DNA from: Octopus bimaculoides
Taxonomy: Eukaryota
DNA length: 42,045 bases
Direction of reading: 5' to 3'
NCBI RefSeq assembly: GCF_001194135.2
Contig: NC_068983.1
Location: forward strand, 155,522,192-155,564,236
The notes beneath the pieces were generated by a model. That model saw nothing but the letters and a program-made list of their open reading frames with translations. It did not search any database and was not told the origin of the DNA. Below, in pieces: positions 1-10,706 of this stretch (position 1 is the first letter of the stretch; each line of letters starts with the position of its first letter). The translations under genes were made by a program, and so were the position numbers.

Positions 1-97
1 AGCGATCAAAAAAAAAAATTAACAACAAACTACTAAATTCTGAGTGGAGTAGCTGCGATTGTGTCAATGCATGTGAAAATGAATGGCTTCTTAAGAG

Positions 98-158
<61 letters not shown>
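98..158. repeat. (ATT)n microsatellite
   Basis: Perfect ATT run read directly. Confidence 0.97.
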
Positions 159-162
<4 letters not shown>

Positions 163-607
163 CTAACGATGTTGACGTCGCTTATAGCTCGCTCCCTAAG
201 AAAAGTATGACACAAGATGAAATAGATTTTTTTAAAATCCCAAATACTCACATATAGATAACTTCCTGATGTTTAGAGTCTTCCCCTAAACGGTTTGATA
301 AAATAAAAAAAAGATTAACTTTGTATCTTAGCTTTGCAACATGATGATTTTTTTTATTCCTTCCTGTTACAGGTACTCAAGATCTGGCTACATATATTTC
401 ACATTACACCCCGCCCATAAAACAAAACAAAACTGCTTAAAAATAACACATTCCTTACGCATAAAATGAACAAAAGACAAATAGTGTTCTGATTGCATCA
501 CAAAATATTAGAAGTACAGAAAAAAAAACAAAAACATTATTTCAACATCGAAGTTCAATGTACTGATATGTAAGGTGTTAATGACAGTAACAACGACAGT
601 TGATATT

Positions 608-1003
608 CTTTTCTACTCTAGGAACAAGGCCCGAAATGTTTTGGGGGTGGGGAGGGAGCAGTCTATTAGATTGACCTCAGTACGCAACTGATGCTTAATT
701 TGTCGACCCCCCGAAAGGGTGTAAAAGGAAAGTCGACCTCGGCGGAATTTGAACTCAGAACGTAAAGACAAACGAAATACCTAGACATTTCGCCCGGCGT
801 GCAAACGTTTCTTATTTCTTTATTGCCCACAAGGGGCTAAACATAGAGGGGACAAACAAGGACAGATAAAGGGATTAAGTTGATTACATCGACCCCAGTG
901 CGTAACTGGTACTTAAATTATTGACCTCAGAACGTAACGGCAGACGAAATATCGCTAAGCATTTCGCCCGGCGTGCTAACGTTTCTGCCAGCTCGCCGCC
1001 TTC
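608..1003 (-). mobile_element. Family A tRNA-derived SINE, dimeric (one head, two bodies, two different tails)
   Basis: Reverse complement matches the copy at 39992-40223 twice in tandem. The whole unit is flanked by a 17-bp TSD CAACGACAGTTGATATT (591-607 and 1004-1020). Confidence 0.9.
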
Positions 1004-1071
1004 CAACGACAGTTGATATTACAACAAATATGATCAACAATTACAACGTCAACAATCACAACAGAAGAAGC

Positions 1072-1469
1072 TGTTGTTGTTGTTGGCATTCCGTCGCTTA
1101 CGACGACAAGGGTTCCCAGTTGATCCGATCAACGGAACAGCCTGCTCGTGAAATTAATGTGCAAGTGGCTGAGCACTCCACACACACGTGTAACCCTTAA
1201 CGTAGTTCTCGGGGATATTCAGCGTGACACAGAGTGACAAGGCTGACCCTTTGAATTACAGGCACAACAGACAGAAACAGAAAGTAAGAGTGAGAGAAAG
1301 TTTTGGTGAAAGAGTACGGCAGGGTTCGCCAACATTACCTGCTGGAGCCTCGTGGAGCTTTAGGTGTTTTCGCTCAATAAACACTCACAATGCCAGGTCT
1401 GGGAATCGAAACCGCGATCCTATGACCGCGAGTCCGCTACCCTAACCACTGGGCCATTGCGCCTCCACT
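1072..1469 (-). mobile_element. Family B tRNA-derived SINE, full length
   Basis: On the minus strand: A box TGGCCCAGTGG, B box GGTTTCGATTCCC, (AAC)n tail. 16-bp TSD TCACAACAGAAGAAGC (1056-1071 and 1470-1485). Homologous to 23338-23720 and 40515-40904. Confidence 0.93.
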
Positions 1470-1507
1470 TCACAACAGAAGAAGCACACACTGAGAAATG
1501 AGAGAGA

Positions 1508-2460
1508 ATGAAGAATGGAATACTCTCCTTTGTAAATGATCTTTCAAAAACTCTTGATATAAACTTTTTTTCTGAAAGAATGAATGCTTGGCAACGTTTT
1601 GTACACAAGTCAAGTGCTTATTTACCCTGATTTACCACACTGGCACACGAAGAGTAGAACTCATCCAATCTATACCTTCTTAAGACCACTGTAAATTTCC
1701 TTGTTTCATCCAAGTAAGAGTTGGGGACAGCTCTGGGAGATGTTTTACGTGATACCTCCTTCAGTGGGAGAGGGAAATCATATGACACCATATGTATGGC
1801 GGCGAGCTAGCAGAATCGTTAGCACGCCGGGTGAAAAGCATAGCGGTATGTCGTTTGCCGTTAGGCTCTGAGTTCAAATTCCACCGTGGTTGACTTTGCC
1901 TTTCATCATTTCGGGGTCAATAAAATTAGTACGAGTTACGCACTAGAATCGGTGCTATCGACTTAATCTCTTCTCCAAATTTGAGGCCTTGTCCTTCTAC
2001 TAGAAAGGATATGACACCATATGCATCTCATTTAAATTAGATGATGAGGCGAAAGCACAAGCCCTAATTGTTCCCGAAATACCAATCTGTAAGCTAGTTC
2101 TGCAGCGTTTAGGCAAAAGCCACACAAAGGTCATACCCTTAATTAGTTTTCACCATCCTGATACAATAATGGTCAGTGCAGATGTAATACTTGGTTATAT
2201 GTGGTCAAGTAGAATAGTCATGGAATGGAAGTCTTCATAATTCAGCAAGATCACAAAATGATACCCAAACTCCGTTCTGTGAGAGAATACTGATAGGAAG
2301 ACCTTTAGACTCAACAACTAAGGAAGATATCCAAATTGTTACACAAATAGCATTAAAATATAGTGAAAGGCTTTCTTTATTAAAGGGCTTATTTTCCAAT
2401 AAACAGAAATCAAACACGTCAACAAAAAGTTCTGGATGTGGTCGGTCCTTAGAGTACACC
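1508..2460 (+). pseudogene. Putative decayed ORF of unknown origin, interrupted by a SINE
   Basis: One frame runs from ATG at 1508 to 1794 with three stops. After removing the SINE and one TSD it continues ~70 codons without a stop (to TAA ~2240), then an overlapping frame is open ~80 codons. No motif recognised. Confidence 0.35.
1795..2008 (+). mobile_element. Family A SINE
   Basis: Homologous to 39992-40223. 15-bp TSD ATATGACACCATATG (1780-1794 and 2009-2023). Confidence 0.92.
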
Positions 2461-2629
2461 CCCGGACTTACTCTTTGTAAGCTTAGTACTTATTCTATCG
2501 GTCTCTTTTGCCGAACTGCTAATTTACGAGGCAGTAACCACACCAACATCAGTTATCAAGTGATAGTTGGGAGGGGACACAGACACACACACATACATAC
2601 ACATACACACATACACACACACACACACT

Positions 2630-2688
<59 letters not shown>

Positions 2689-2850
2689 GCCGGGCTTCTT
2701 TCAGTTTTCGCCTACTAAATCCTCCCACAAGGCTTTGGCCAGCCCGAAGCTATAATAGAATACACTTGCCCAAGGTGTCACGCAGTGGGACTGAACCCGG
2801 AACCATGTGGTTGGGAAGCAAACTTCTTACCACTCAACCACGCCTGCGCC
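2456..2850 (-). mobile_element. Family C SINE (tRNA head, CORE-like segment, internal CA/TA microsatellite), 3'-truncated
   Basis: Minus strand AGGCGCAGGCGTGGTTGAGTGG...GGTTCAGTCCC then CCTTGGGCAAGTG, similar to the CORE domain. Homologous to 41729-42045. Confidence 0.88.
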
Positions 2851-2885
2851 TATATTGAAATTATATGTATGTATGTGCATATACA

Positions 2886-2924
<39 letters not shown>

Positions 2925-3482
2925 TTGTGTGTGCGTCTGTATGTGTGTGTTCTATGTATGCATATATGTGTGTATGTATTTGTATTCGTTTAATATTGTA
3001 TTATTTTCGCAACTGGCTTCCAAGTATTGCGACACTTCTAACTACAGCAGACTTGCCTGGCGGTTAAGAAAGCTACAGACAACTTAAAAGAGAGTCAGGT
3101 GGCATGTAACGTCTTCACTGGTTTATTCATTGTCTTGGGAAAAGATAGTAGACGTTTCACACGATGTCCACAAATGTCTAGTTACTCCGTACGAACATAT
3201 GCCTATGAATACACATCGCACATACAGTTTTGCTTATATTCTGGTGCAACAACATATTAGTTCTTAATCCATTTTATTCCCAATCTCTACAATGGTAGAC
3301 TTTGCATATTATGTACCAGAGACCAGTTTATTTTCAACTGAGAAGCTTAAATTGTGTGGTACACACATAGGACTCTTCAATTCATTTTTGTCAGAAAACT
3401 AGATTGCAGTGGTCACTTAAGTATGTTTTGCTTGGCTGCAAATTAAAAAAAAAACAACAAAAAAACATGAAAACTCACGTTA
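2727..3482 (+). repeat. Diverged direct (tandem) duplication, copy 1
   Basis: Aligns by eye along its length with 4051-4786, including non-SINE sequence (e.g. CACTTCTAACTACAGCAGACTTGCCTGGCGGTTAAGAAAGCTACAGA in both). Confidence 0.92.
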
Positions 3483-3643
3483 GAAGTTAAGAAACCATCT
3501 AAGGGATATTGACTATCCAATATACAAGCGAATGTATACCTACGTATTTTAACCAAGTGCTTACTATTGCATGGTAATATTACAATTGAATACTAGGTAT
3601 GGGTGGGGGTAAATTGGTAAATTGGAAATTTACCCTGCATTTA

Positions 3644-3790
3644 TAAGGCAAATAAGAAAATGGCGAGGATATAAAAACGACAAACTTCAGCCAGTAAACA
3701 TTCCATTATATCTAATTATTAAATGATAGCAAGCATGTGTTTCAGTGGTACAAATAAACGAATGAGATAGGTTAATAAATACGTGAACAG

Positions 3791-3824
<34 letters not shown>

Positions 3825-4047
3825 TGATGAATGAATAATAATAGAACACTCATCTATTATTATACATTCATCTGTTCACGTATATATTGGCTGATCTCAT
3901 TCGTTTCCTTGTACCACTTAAACATGTTTGTTATCATTTAATGAATAGATATAATGGAATGTCATCATTTAATAAATAGAAATAATGGAATGTTTCCTGG
4001 CTGAAGTTTGTCGATTTTATATCCTCTCCATTTTCTTATTTGCCTTA
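3644..4047. mobile_element. Foldback/MITE-like palindromic element
   Basis: TAAGGCAAATAAGAAAATGG... at 3644 is the reverse complement of ...CCATTTTCTTATTTGCCTTA at 4047. Arms pair almost to the centre. A (TA)n(GA)n run interrupts the left arm and a 31-bp duplication (3933-3993) lies in the right arm. Confidence 0.85.
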
Positions 4048-4050
4048 CAT

Positions 4051-4786
4051 ATAAGGTTTTGGTCAGCTCGTGGTTATAGAAGACACTTGCCCTAGGTGCC
4101 ACGCAGTGGGACTGAACCCGGAACCATGTGGTTGGGAAGCAAGCTTCTTACCACACAACCAGGCCTGTGCCTATGTATATAAAATGTACGCATGTGCATA
4201 TACATGTGTATGTGTGTGTGTGTATGTGTTCTATGTATGCATATATGTGTGTATGTGTTTGTATTTGTTTAATATTGTATTATTTTCGCAACTGGCTTCT
4301 AAGTATTGTGACACTTCTAACTACAGCAGACTTGCCTGGCGGTTAAGAAAGCTACAGAAAACTTGAAAGAGAGTCATGTGGCGTGTAACGTCTTCACTGG
4401 TTTATTCATTGTCTTGAGAAAAGATAGCAAAAGTTTCACACGATGTCCACAAGACATAGCTTCAAGTGTCCGATTACTCCCTACGGATATATGCCTATGA
4501 ATACACACCACACATACAGTTTTGCTTATTTTCTGGTGCAGCAACATCTTAGTTCTTAATCCATTTTATTCCCAGTGTCTACAATAGTAGACTTTGCATC
4601 TTATTTACCAGAGACCAGGTTATTTTCAACCGAGAAGCTTAAATTGTGTGGTACACACATAGATAGGAGTCTTCAATTCATTTTGTCAGAAAATTGGATT
4701 GCAGTGGTTACTTAGTATAAAAATACTAAGTATTTTTTGTTTAGTTGCAAATTTAAATAAAAATAACAACACACGAAAACACGTTA
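4051..4786 (+). repeat. Diverged direct (tandem) duplication, copy 2 (starts with a family C SINE head on the minus strand, 4051-4171)
   Basis: Colinear with 2727-3482, with substitutions and small indels. Confidence 0.92.
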
Positions 4787-4831
4787 ACACGAAAAATATT
4801 ATCTTTTCGTTGCAAAGCTATTTTATAAATA

Positions 4832-5773
4832 TAGGACTAGGTGTAAGTGTATGGCGAAAAGTTTGCTTTCCAACCACACGATTCCAGGTTCAGTCCAAAT
4901 GCATAATACCTTCACAAAGTCTCGTCTACTATAGCTCAGGGCCGACTAAAAACTTGTGAGTGGATTTGTTAGGCGGAAACTGAAAGAAACCAGTCGTATA
5001 TNNNNNNNNNNNNNNNNNNNNNNNNNNNNNNNNNNNNNNNNNNNNNNNNNNNNNNNNNNNNNNNNNNNNNNNNNNNNNNNNNNNNNNNNNNNNNNNNNNN
5101 NNNNNNNNNNNNNNNNNNNNNNNNNNNNNNNNNNNNNNNNNNNNNNNNNNNNNNNNNNNNNNNNNNNNNNNNNNNNNNNNNNNNNNNNNNNNNNNNNNNN
5201 NNNNNNNNNNNNNNNNNNNNNNNNNNNNNNNNNNNNNNNNNNNNNNNNNNNNNNNNNNNNNNNNNNNNNNNNNNNNNNNNNNNNNNNNNNNNNNNNNNNN
5301 NNNNNNNNNNNNNNNNNNNNNNNNNNNNNNNNNNNNNNNNNNNNNNNNNNNNNNNNNNNNNNNNNNNNNNNNNNNNNNNNNNNNNNNNNNNNNNNNNNNN
5401 NNNNNNNNNNNNNNNNNNNNNNNNNNNNNNNNNNNNNNNNNNNNNNNNNNNNNNNNNNNNNNNNNNNNNNNNNNNNNNNNNNNNNNNNNNNNNNNNNNNN
5501 NNNNNNNNNNNNNNNNNNNNNNNNNNNNNNNNNNNNNNNNNNNNNNNNNNNNNNNNNNNNNNNNNNNNNNNNNNNNNNNNNNNNNNNNNNNNNNNNNNNN
5601 NNNNNNNNNNNNNNNNNNNNNNNNNNNNNNNNNNNNNNNNNNNNNNNNNNNNNNNNNNNNNNNNNNNNNNNNNNNNNNNNNNNNNNNNNNNNNNNNNNNN
5701 NNNNNNNNNNNNNNNNNNNNNNNNNNNNNNNNNNNNNNNNNNNNNNNNNNNNNNNNNNNNNNNNNNNNNNNNN

Positions 5774-5805
<32 letters not shown>

Positions 5806-5992
5806 GTGTTTGACCTCTCACCATCGCTTGACAACGCGTGCTAGTGTGTTTACTTCCCCGCGACTTAACGGTTCGCAAGAGAGACAGATAGAATAAGTAC
5901 AGGGCTCGATACATCCGACTAAAAGTTTTTCAAGGCCGTGCCCCAACACGGCCGCAGTCTAATGACTGAAACAAATAGAAGGTAAAAGAATA
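4832..5992 (+). mobile_element. Family C SINE spanning an assembly gap
   Basis: Head and CORE-like part at 4832-5001; 3' half (ATCGCTTGACAAC...GATAGAATAAGTAC...GGCCGCAGTCTAATGACTGAAAC) at 5774-5992. The gap coincides with the internal microsatellite. Confidence 0.82.
5002..5773. other. Assembly gap (N run)
   Basis: Ns. Other gaps: 6331-6340, 17800-18525, 22565-22842, 24872-25312, about 30527-30597, 32188-32284, 34236-34285, 36435-36590, 39837-39846. ORF-track entries crossing them are artefacts. Confidence 0.99.
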
Positions 5993-6255
5993 TACTTTTC
6001 TTAGATGATGGAGGAGTAAAAACAATATATTTGTTCAGAGTTACAATATACACTTTGTTGCAAGATTTTTTATTTTTGACCTCGCATCATCCCAATGTTC
6101 ACAAATGTAGACCCTTCGAGAAAACAGGATACTTTTAATTCAATGAAGTTGAAGCTTCACCAACATCGAAGCTAGATAAAAAAGATTTGAGTCTCATAAC
6201 TTGGTAGGTTTTGATAGATTCATTCTCCCCTTGGGATTATAAGGGTTATAATAAT

Positions 6256-6398
6256 ATCGTATTGACTGTGTATAGATTTCAAATCTGTTAATCCCCGTGT
6301 TAATCTGTTAATCTCGTATTGACTGTGCATNNNNNNNNNNGTTAATCTGTTAATCTCGTATTGACTGTGCATAGATTTCAAATCTGTTAATCCCCGTG
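6256..6398. repeat. ~57-bp minisatellite, probably collapsed at a gap
   Basis: Unit GTTAATCTGTTAATCTCGTATTGACTGTGCATAGATTTCAAATCTGTTAATCCCCGT occurs on both sides of the 10-N gap. Confidence 0.85.
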
Positions 6399-8654
6399 TC
6401 ACAGGAGCATGGTTTCGTTCTACCAGCCACTTAATGAGCCGCACTTTCTTTTAACAGATTTGGAACGAAATGTCCATCGACAAACTGAATTAATGATCTA
6501 TATATGAAATACATTTTTTTTCCTAACATCGACTAACACCTACTCATGCTTAAACACATGTCTATCACACACATACCTGTATATTATACATAACGTTGTT
6601 TTTACAAATAAACCAGTGGTCATTGTTATTTTTTCCGTACAAACATACATGTGTGGACTTATGTGTCTGCTTGTGTTTCTTTTCGGCTCTCCTTTTCATT
6701 TCAAGCATTTTATATCTTGCGGCATTGAAAAGAACACATTCGAAATCAAATTTTCAAGCGCCCCAAGATATTTTGCATTCGATGATTTTTATTAACATTA
6801 TGTTGTGAATGTAGTATTTTTAAAAACCAAGCTGTAAGAATTGTGTTAAAATGACAGAACAAAACCCACCAAAATAACTTGTTCTTGTATTCCTCTATTG
6901 TAGAGTGAACTACTTTAAAAGATACAATATAATGGGTGACAATTCAAACAACTGATTGAAACTGAACAATAATGATCTCAATAGTTGAGCTAATTATTTA
7001 TTTTCGTTTGTTTTTTCAAACTGTTGATTTCACTCCAGTGATGTGACTATTCTTCTTGTTTGCTTGTTTGATTTTTGTTTATTTTGTGTCACATTACTGT
7101 TGTTGTTGTTGTTATAAATGTTTCTGCCATGTTGATATGAATATTGATATGATATAAACATCGATCATTAACTCTAACGTTGTGTATAGATACATACATA
7201 CATACGCATACATACATTTTACACGTACACACATACATTTTACACATAGACACAAACACATTCGTATATATATGTATGTACATGCGCGTGCACACAGACG
7301 CAGAATGTTGCTGGTTATAAGATGTGTATAAAATGTCTATGATTTTATATAAATATTATATTAAATGTATTCTGTTAATGTTATATGTTCCATTCCTTAA
7401 ATTTTTGATATATGTGAAATCTTCGGATGATGAAAAATTGTATATGGAGTAAGAAGATGATGTAGAACTATACATGTCTTTTGCTTGGACAATATGATAT
7501 CAGATTAATCAGAATGATATATAAATTGAAATGATTCAACAATAAATAACAGATGGCGCAAGGAGATAAACTGAATACACAACGCATCCATTTATTCAGG
7601 TATAATAACAAAGAATAATTATATTTTATTGCGTAATAACTGTGATATTTATAGGACACAGAGATATAGCCCTCTACAAACAAGAGTTGCATAGTGGCAA
7701 TGACAGAAACACACATACCATGGCCACAGTAGTAATTAAACCTTGTATGCAACCGATGGTTTGTTATTGGAATTCACCTGGAATGAACTTCAATGACAAA
7801 CTAGCTACAAGTCTGAACCATAAGTCTGTAAACGTGAAACTCGATGACTAAAATTGAGCAGACGGTTCAAGTTCCGATAGTTTGATGCCACGAAGTATTT
7901 TAATTAGTCACAGCCTGCGTCCGATACCCGTCTCCACATGCACACCCCACTATCCAGATCTGATATCCTTGTCTTCTCCGGTTTACTGACTCGTTCAGTT
8001 CTCCACAGATAATGAAGGAAAATACTCATCCTCACGTGGAATTTGATAATATTGGTTGAAATAAGTGCAAGTGAGTGTTATGCAATTTACAATTTTAATC
8101 CATATAAATATTTTAATTTGAATTTTAGCTAACATGTATTATATTCTGTGAAGTTCCAGGTTTGTTTCATACGTTCAAAAACTTTTGCACCCGAATGTCT
8201 ATGATTCAAACGCACCATCTTCAAAATTTTGAGCCTATTGTGTATGACCAGATTAAGGTATCACATCTATGCGTTGCAAAATGCAATAACACAACTTCAG
8301 TTAAGTAAAGGTGGTTCATTAAGCCGTCCATTACTTACAGTAAACTTATTGATATTTCAAATGTTCCTACTATGAACAGCAGGGGATACATCAGAGATGA
8401 AAACTGACACTTAATTTCAAATCATAACTTTGTATCTAATAAAATTACACTCGCCTCATAATTCGGAATACAGACACTCTCAATAACTCAGCTATCTATA
8501 GTTATCCTGGCTGATTTACTTATCTTTAATGACCTTTTACGCTTTATATTTATTATTTTCCAAATTATCCTTTCTATATTATTTTCATTCCAGAGAGTGA
8601 CGGTCCTGCAGAATCGTTATAGTTGAATAAAATGCCTTTGTTTGTTGTTTTTCT

Positions 8655-8790
8655 CTTTACGTTCCATCCGTGATAAGGTAGATGTAATAAACTCACAGTC
8701 AAATACTAGGGTCGATGTAATCAACTAACCTCTTACCGTAAGTTTCTGATCTTATGCTTTGTGTTTGAAACAATTATTATCACCCTACCA
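8655..8790 (+). mobile_element. Old family A-like SINE 3' half
   Basis: TTCCATCC...TACTAGGGTCGATGTAATCAACT resembles the family A central segment. Confidence 0.5.
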
Positions 8791-9334
8791 AGTTTCGTTT
8801 CCCTTTAATTTATAATTAATATTTCCATTAGTTACATTGTTTCCATTAGTTACATTCTTCTTCATTATTAATTACTCTTTGATTTCAAACATCGACATTC
8901 GCCTCAAATTTTGCCCTTCCGCTTTATTTTATTGCAAATTCCTTCATTATGTGAAATATCTTCCTTGCACCACCTGTTATTTATTCCTGTATGATCGCTT
9001 AATCTATGAGTTCGTAACACCTGATATACTACAAACAATGAACGTTTATGTTTCTCAGCCATCACCTCTGTAGTTTACTGATTTTCCCTAACAGATTGTT
9101 TGTGTCATCTGAAGGAGCGTTCACTTGTGGAAACAGTGAACACTAGCATAGGACAAAAAACACAGCAGCCGAATACTTGAATTTCGCACATTGAAACATA
9201 GAAGGATTGCATCGGAAATAATGCATAAGTGGATATAATTTTTTTATTAACTGACATAAACTGTTCAAATTGTTCATGTTAGTAAATAACTTCCACTATA
9301 GAACCTCTTCTCCCTCTTTCAGGAAAATAATGGG

Positions 9335-9850
9335 ATTCAGGCAGAAGTAATGTGCTGTCATTAAGTTCTTGATAAAGAAGTGAAGGCTACATGTTGTTTA
9401 AGATGATCCCATTGGTAATGCGCATAGATTCAAGAAGAAGTTTAAAGACGGGTAAAAGCAGCATTGAAGACAAACCAAGCAGTTGGAGACCATTGTCTTC
9501 GACCACTGATACGAATGGACAAATTCATTCCTGCAGACAGTTGCTACACAACTCGACTAACTCACAATGTATTACAGATGATAATGAAAGACTGATTATC
9601 GAAAAAAAAATGTGCCAAGTGGGTATCTCAACTGTTAACACATGATTTAAAAGACATAATGGTGGAAGTCTGCTCTGATATATTAGAAGAGTTTCAAGCC
9701 ATTGGACACATACTTTTCTTTAGCGATTTGGTGACGGTTGATGAAACATGTCCATATCTGTCTGATACGTAAACGAATGTTCTGTCTACTGCTTGTCAAA
9801 AGCCCAAACAGTTCAGGAGTCAACGATCGGCATATAAAGATATGGTGACT
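9335..9850 (+). mobile_element. Mariner-family transposase relic (N-terminal half)
   Basis: Fragmentary translations CAVIKFLIKK, SLKTGKSSIEDKPSSWRPLSSTT, LVTVDETC and KPKQFRSQRSAYKDMVT match the order and pattern of mariner motifs (RAVIKF, EDxPRSGRP, VTGDETW, PKKxKxQxSAGKVMxT). Stops and frameshifts are present. Confidence 0.82.
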
Positions 9851-9914
9851 CAGTTCTATATATAAGAGATGAGGAATTATGTACATTATTTACACTATTT
9901 ACATTATTTACATA

Positions 9915-9990
9915 CGGGCATATGATGTAGTGGTTAAGAGCACGGGCTACTAACACCAAGATTCCGAGTTCGATTCCAGGAAGTGACCTG
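9915..9990 (+). promoter_or_regulatory. tRNA-derived head with Pol III A/B boxes (tRNA-Ser(AGY)-like loop)
   Basis: TGATGTAGTGGTTAAG (A box), GGGCT-ACT-AAC anticodon-like loop, GAGTTCGATTCC (B box). No intact acceptor stem, so not called a tRNA gene. Confidence 0.75.
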
Positions 9991-9999
9991 AATAATAAC

Positions 10000-10052
<53 letters not shown>

Positions 10053-10057
10053 TAATA

Positions 10058-10585
10058 AAATGCCCGGATGCAGTACCAGACAGTGGCTCTCATGGCTTCT
10101 GATTTTAATTGATTGGAAGTGTTATAATGTACATTGTTTTACCTTGGTATAAAAGATGGGCTACAGCAAATATCCTGCTTAATACCACAGATTTGCCTGT
10201 CAGTTGTTTGACCTTAGCCATATATGCATCTCTGATCATGAACAGAAGTAGTGGGGAGCATCGTAGCTATGTGTTAAGAGGAATTCTTTAGGGTTTGAAT
10301 AATTCACCTTTGGAAACATGGATGTTTTGTTCAACATCCTTAAACAAACCTTATTCAGGGACCTTTTGAACGGGATAGGGTACTCGACCTGAAGAAAATT
10401 CTAAGCGGGTCCCACCTGCGAGGTCATGCACTTTTATCTTGATATGAGATCACCATGTCGTGCACATGTGGTTGTGATGCATGTACCTAGTGTACTCTTA
10501 TCAGACGAGTAGTCATGATGGGTATACTGGGCTTCGTATATTTTACCCCAGTGTCACTTTGCTGGCATGCACTGCTCTCTCACTC
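10058..10585 (+). mobile_element. Unclassified retroposon segment inserted into an (AAT)n tract
   Basis: ~530 bp of unique-looking sequence flanked on both sides by (AAT)n and ending ...CTCTCTCACTC(AAT)n. It splits the host element. Confidence 0.6.
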
Positions 10586-10660
10586 AATAATAATAATAAT
10601 AATAATAACAACATCGAAAAATAACTTAGGAATGAGAACCCAGGTGCGAAATTTCTCCAA

Positions 10661-10706
10661 GACATCTGATGAAAGCTGGAGGGTATATCAACTGAAACGT
10701 TGTGTT
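10661..10706 (+). ncRNA. Minimal type I hammerhead ribozyme motif
   Basis: GACAT-CTGATGA-A-AGCTG(gagggtatat)CAACT-GAAA-CGT-T-GTGTT. Stem I has two G-U pairs, stem II one mismatch, stem III is the palindrome ACGT, site GUU. Confidence 0.68.

Noticed and set aside
4929-5914. Long ORFs in the supplied track (also 17548-18578, 22225-23088, 24751-25389)
   Set aside because: They are long only because they run through N gaps or dinucleotide repeats (YI/CV/HT runs).
7880-8045. Minus-strand KPEK / GYQIWIVGC resembling piggyBac KPxKYGYKIW
   Set aside because: One short frameshifted motif with no supporting neighbours.
9915-9990. Possible tRNA-Ser gene (likewise the heads of SINE families A-D)
   Set aside because: A/B boxes are present but there is no intact acceptor stem or variable arm, and the heads are embedded in repeats.
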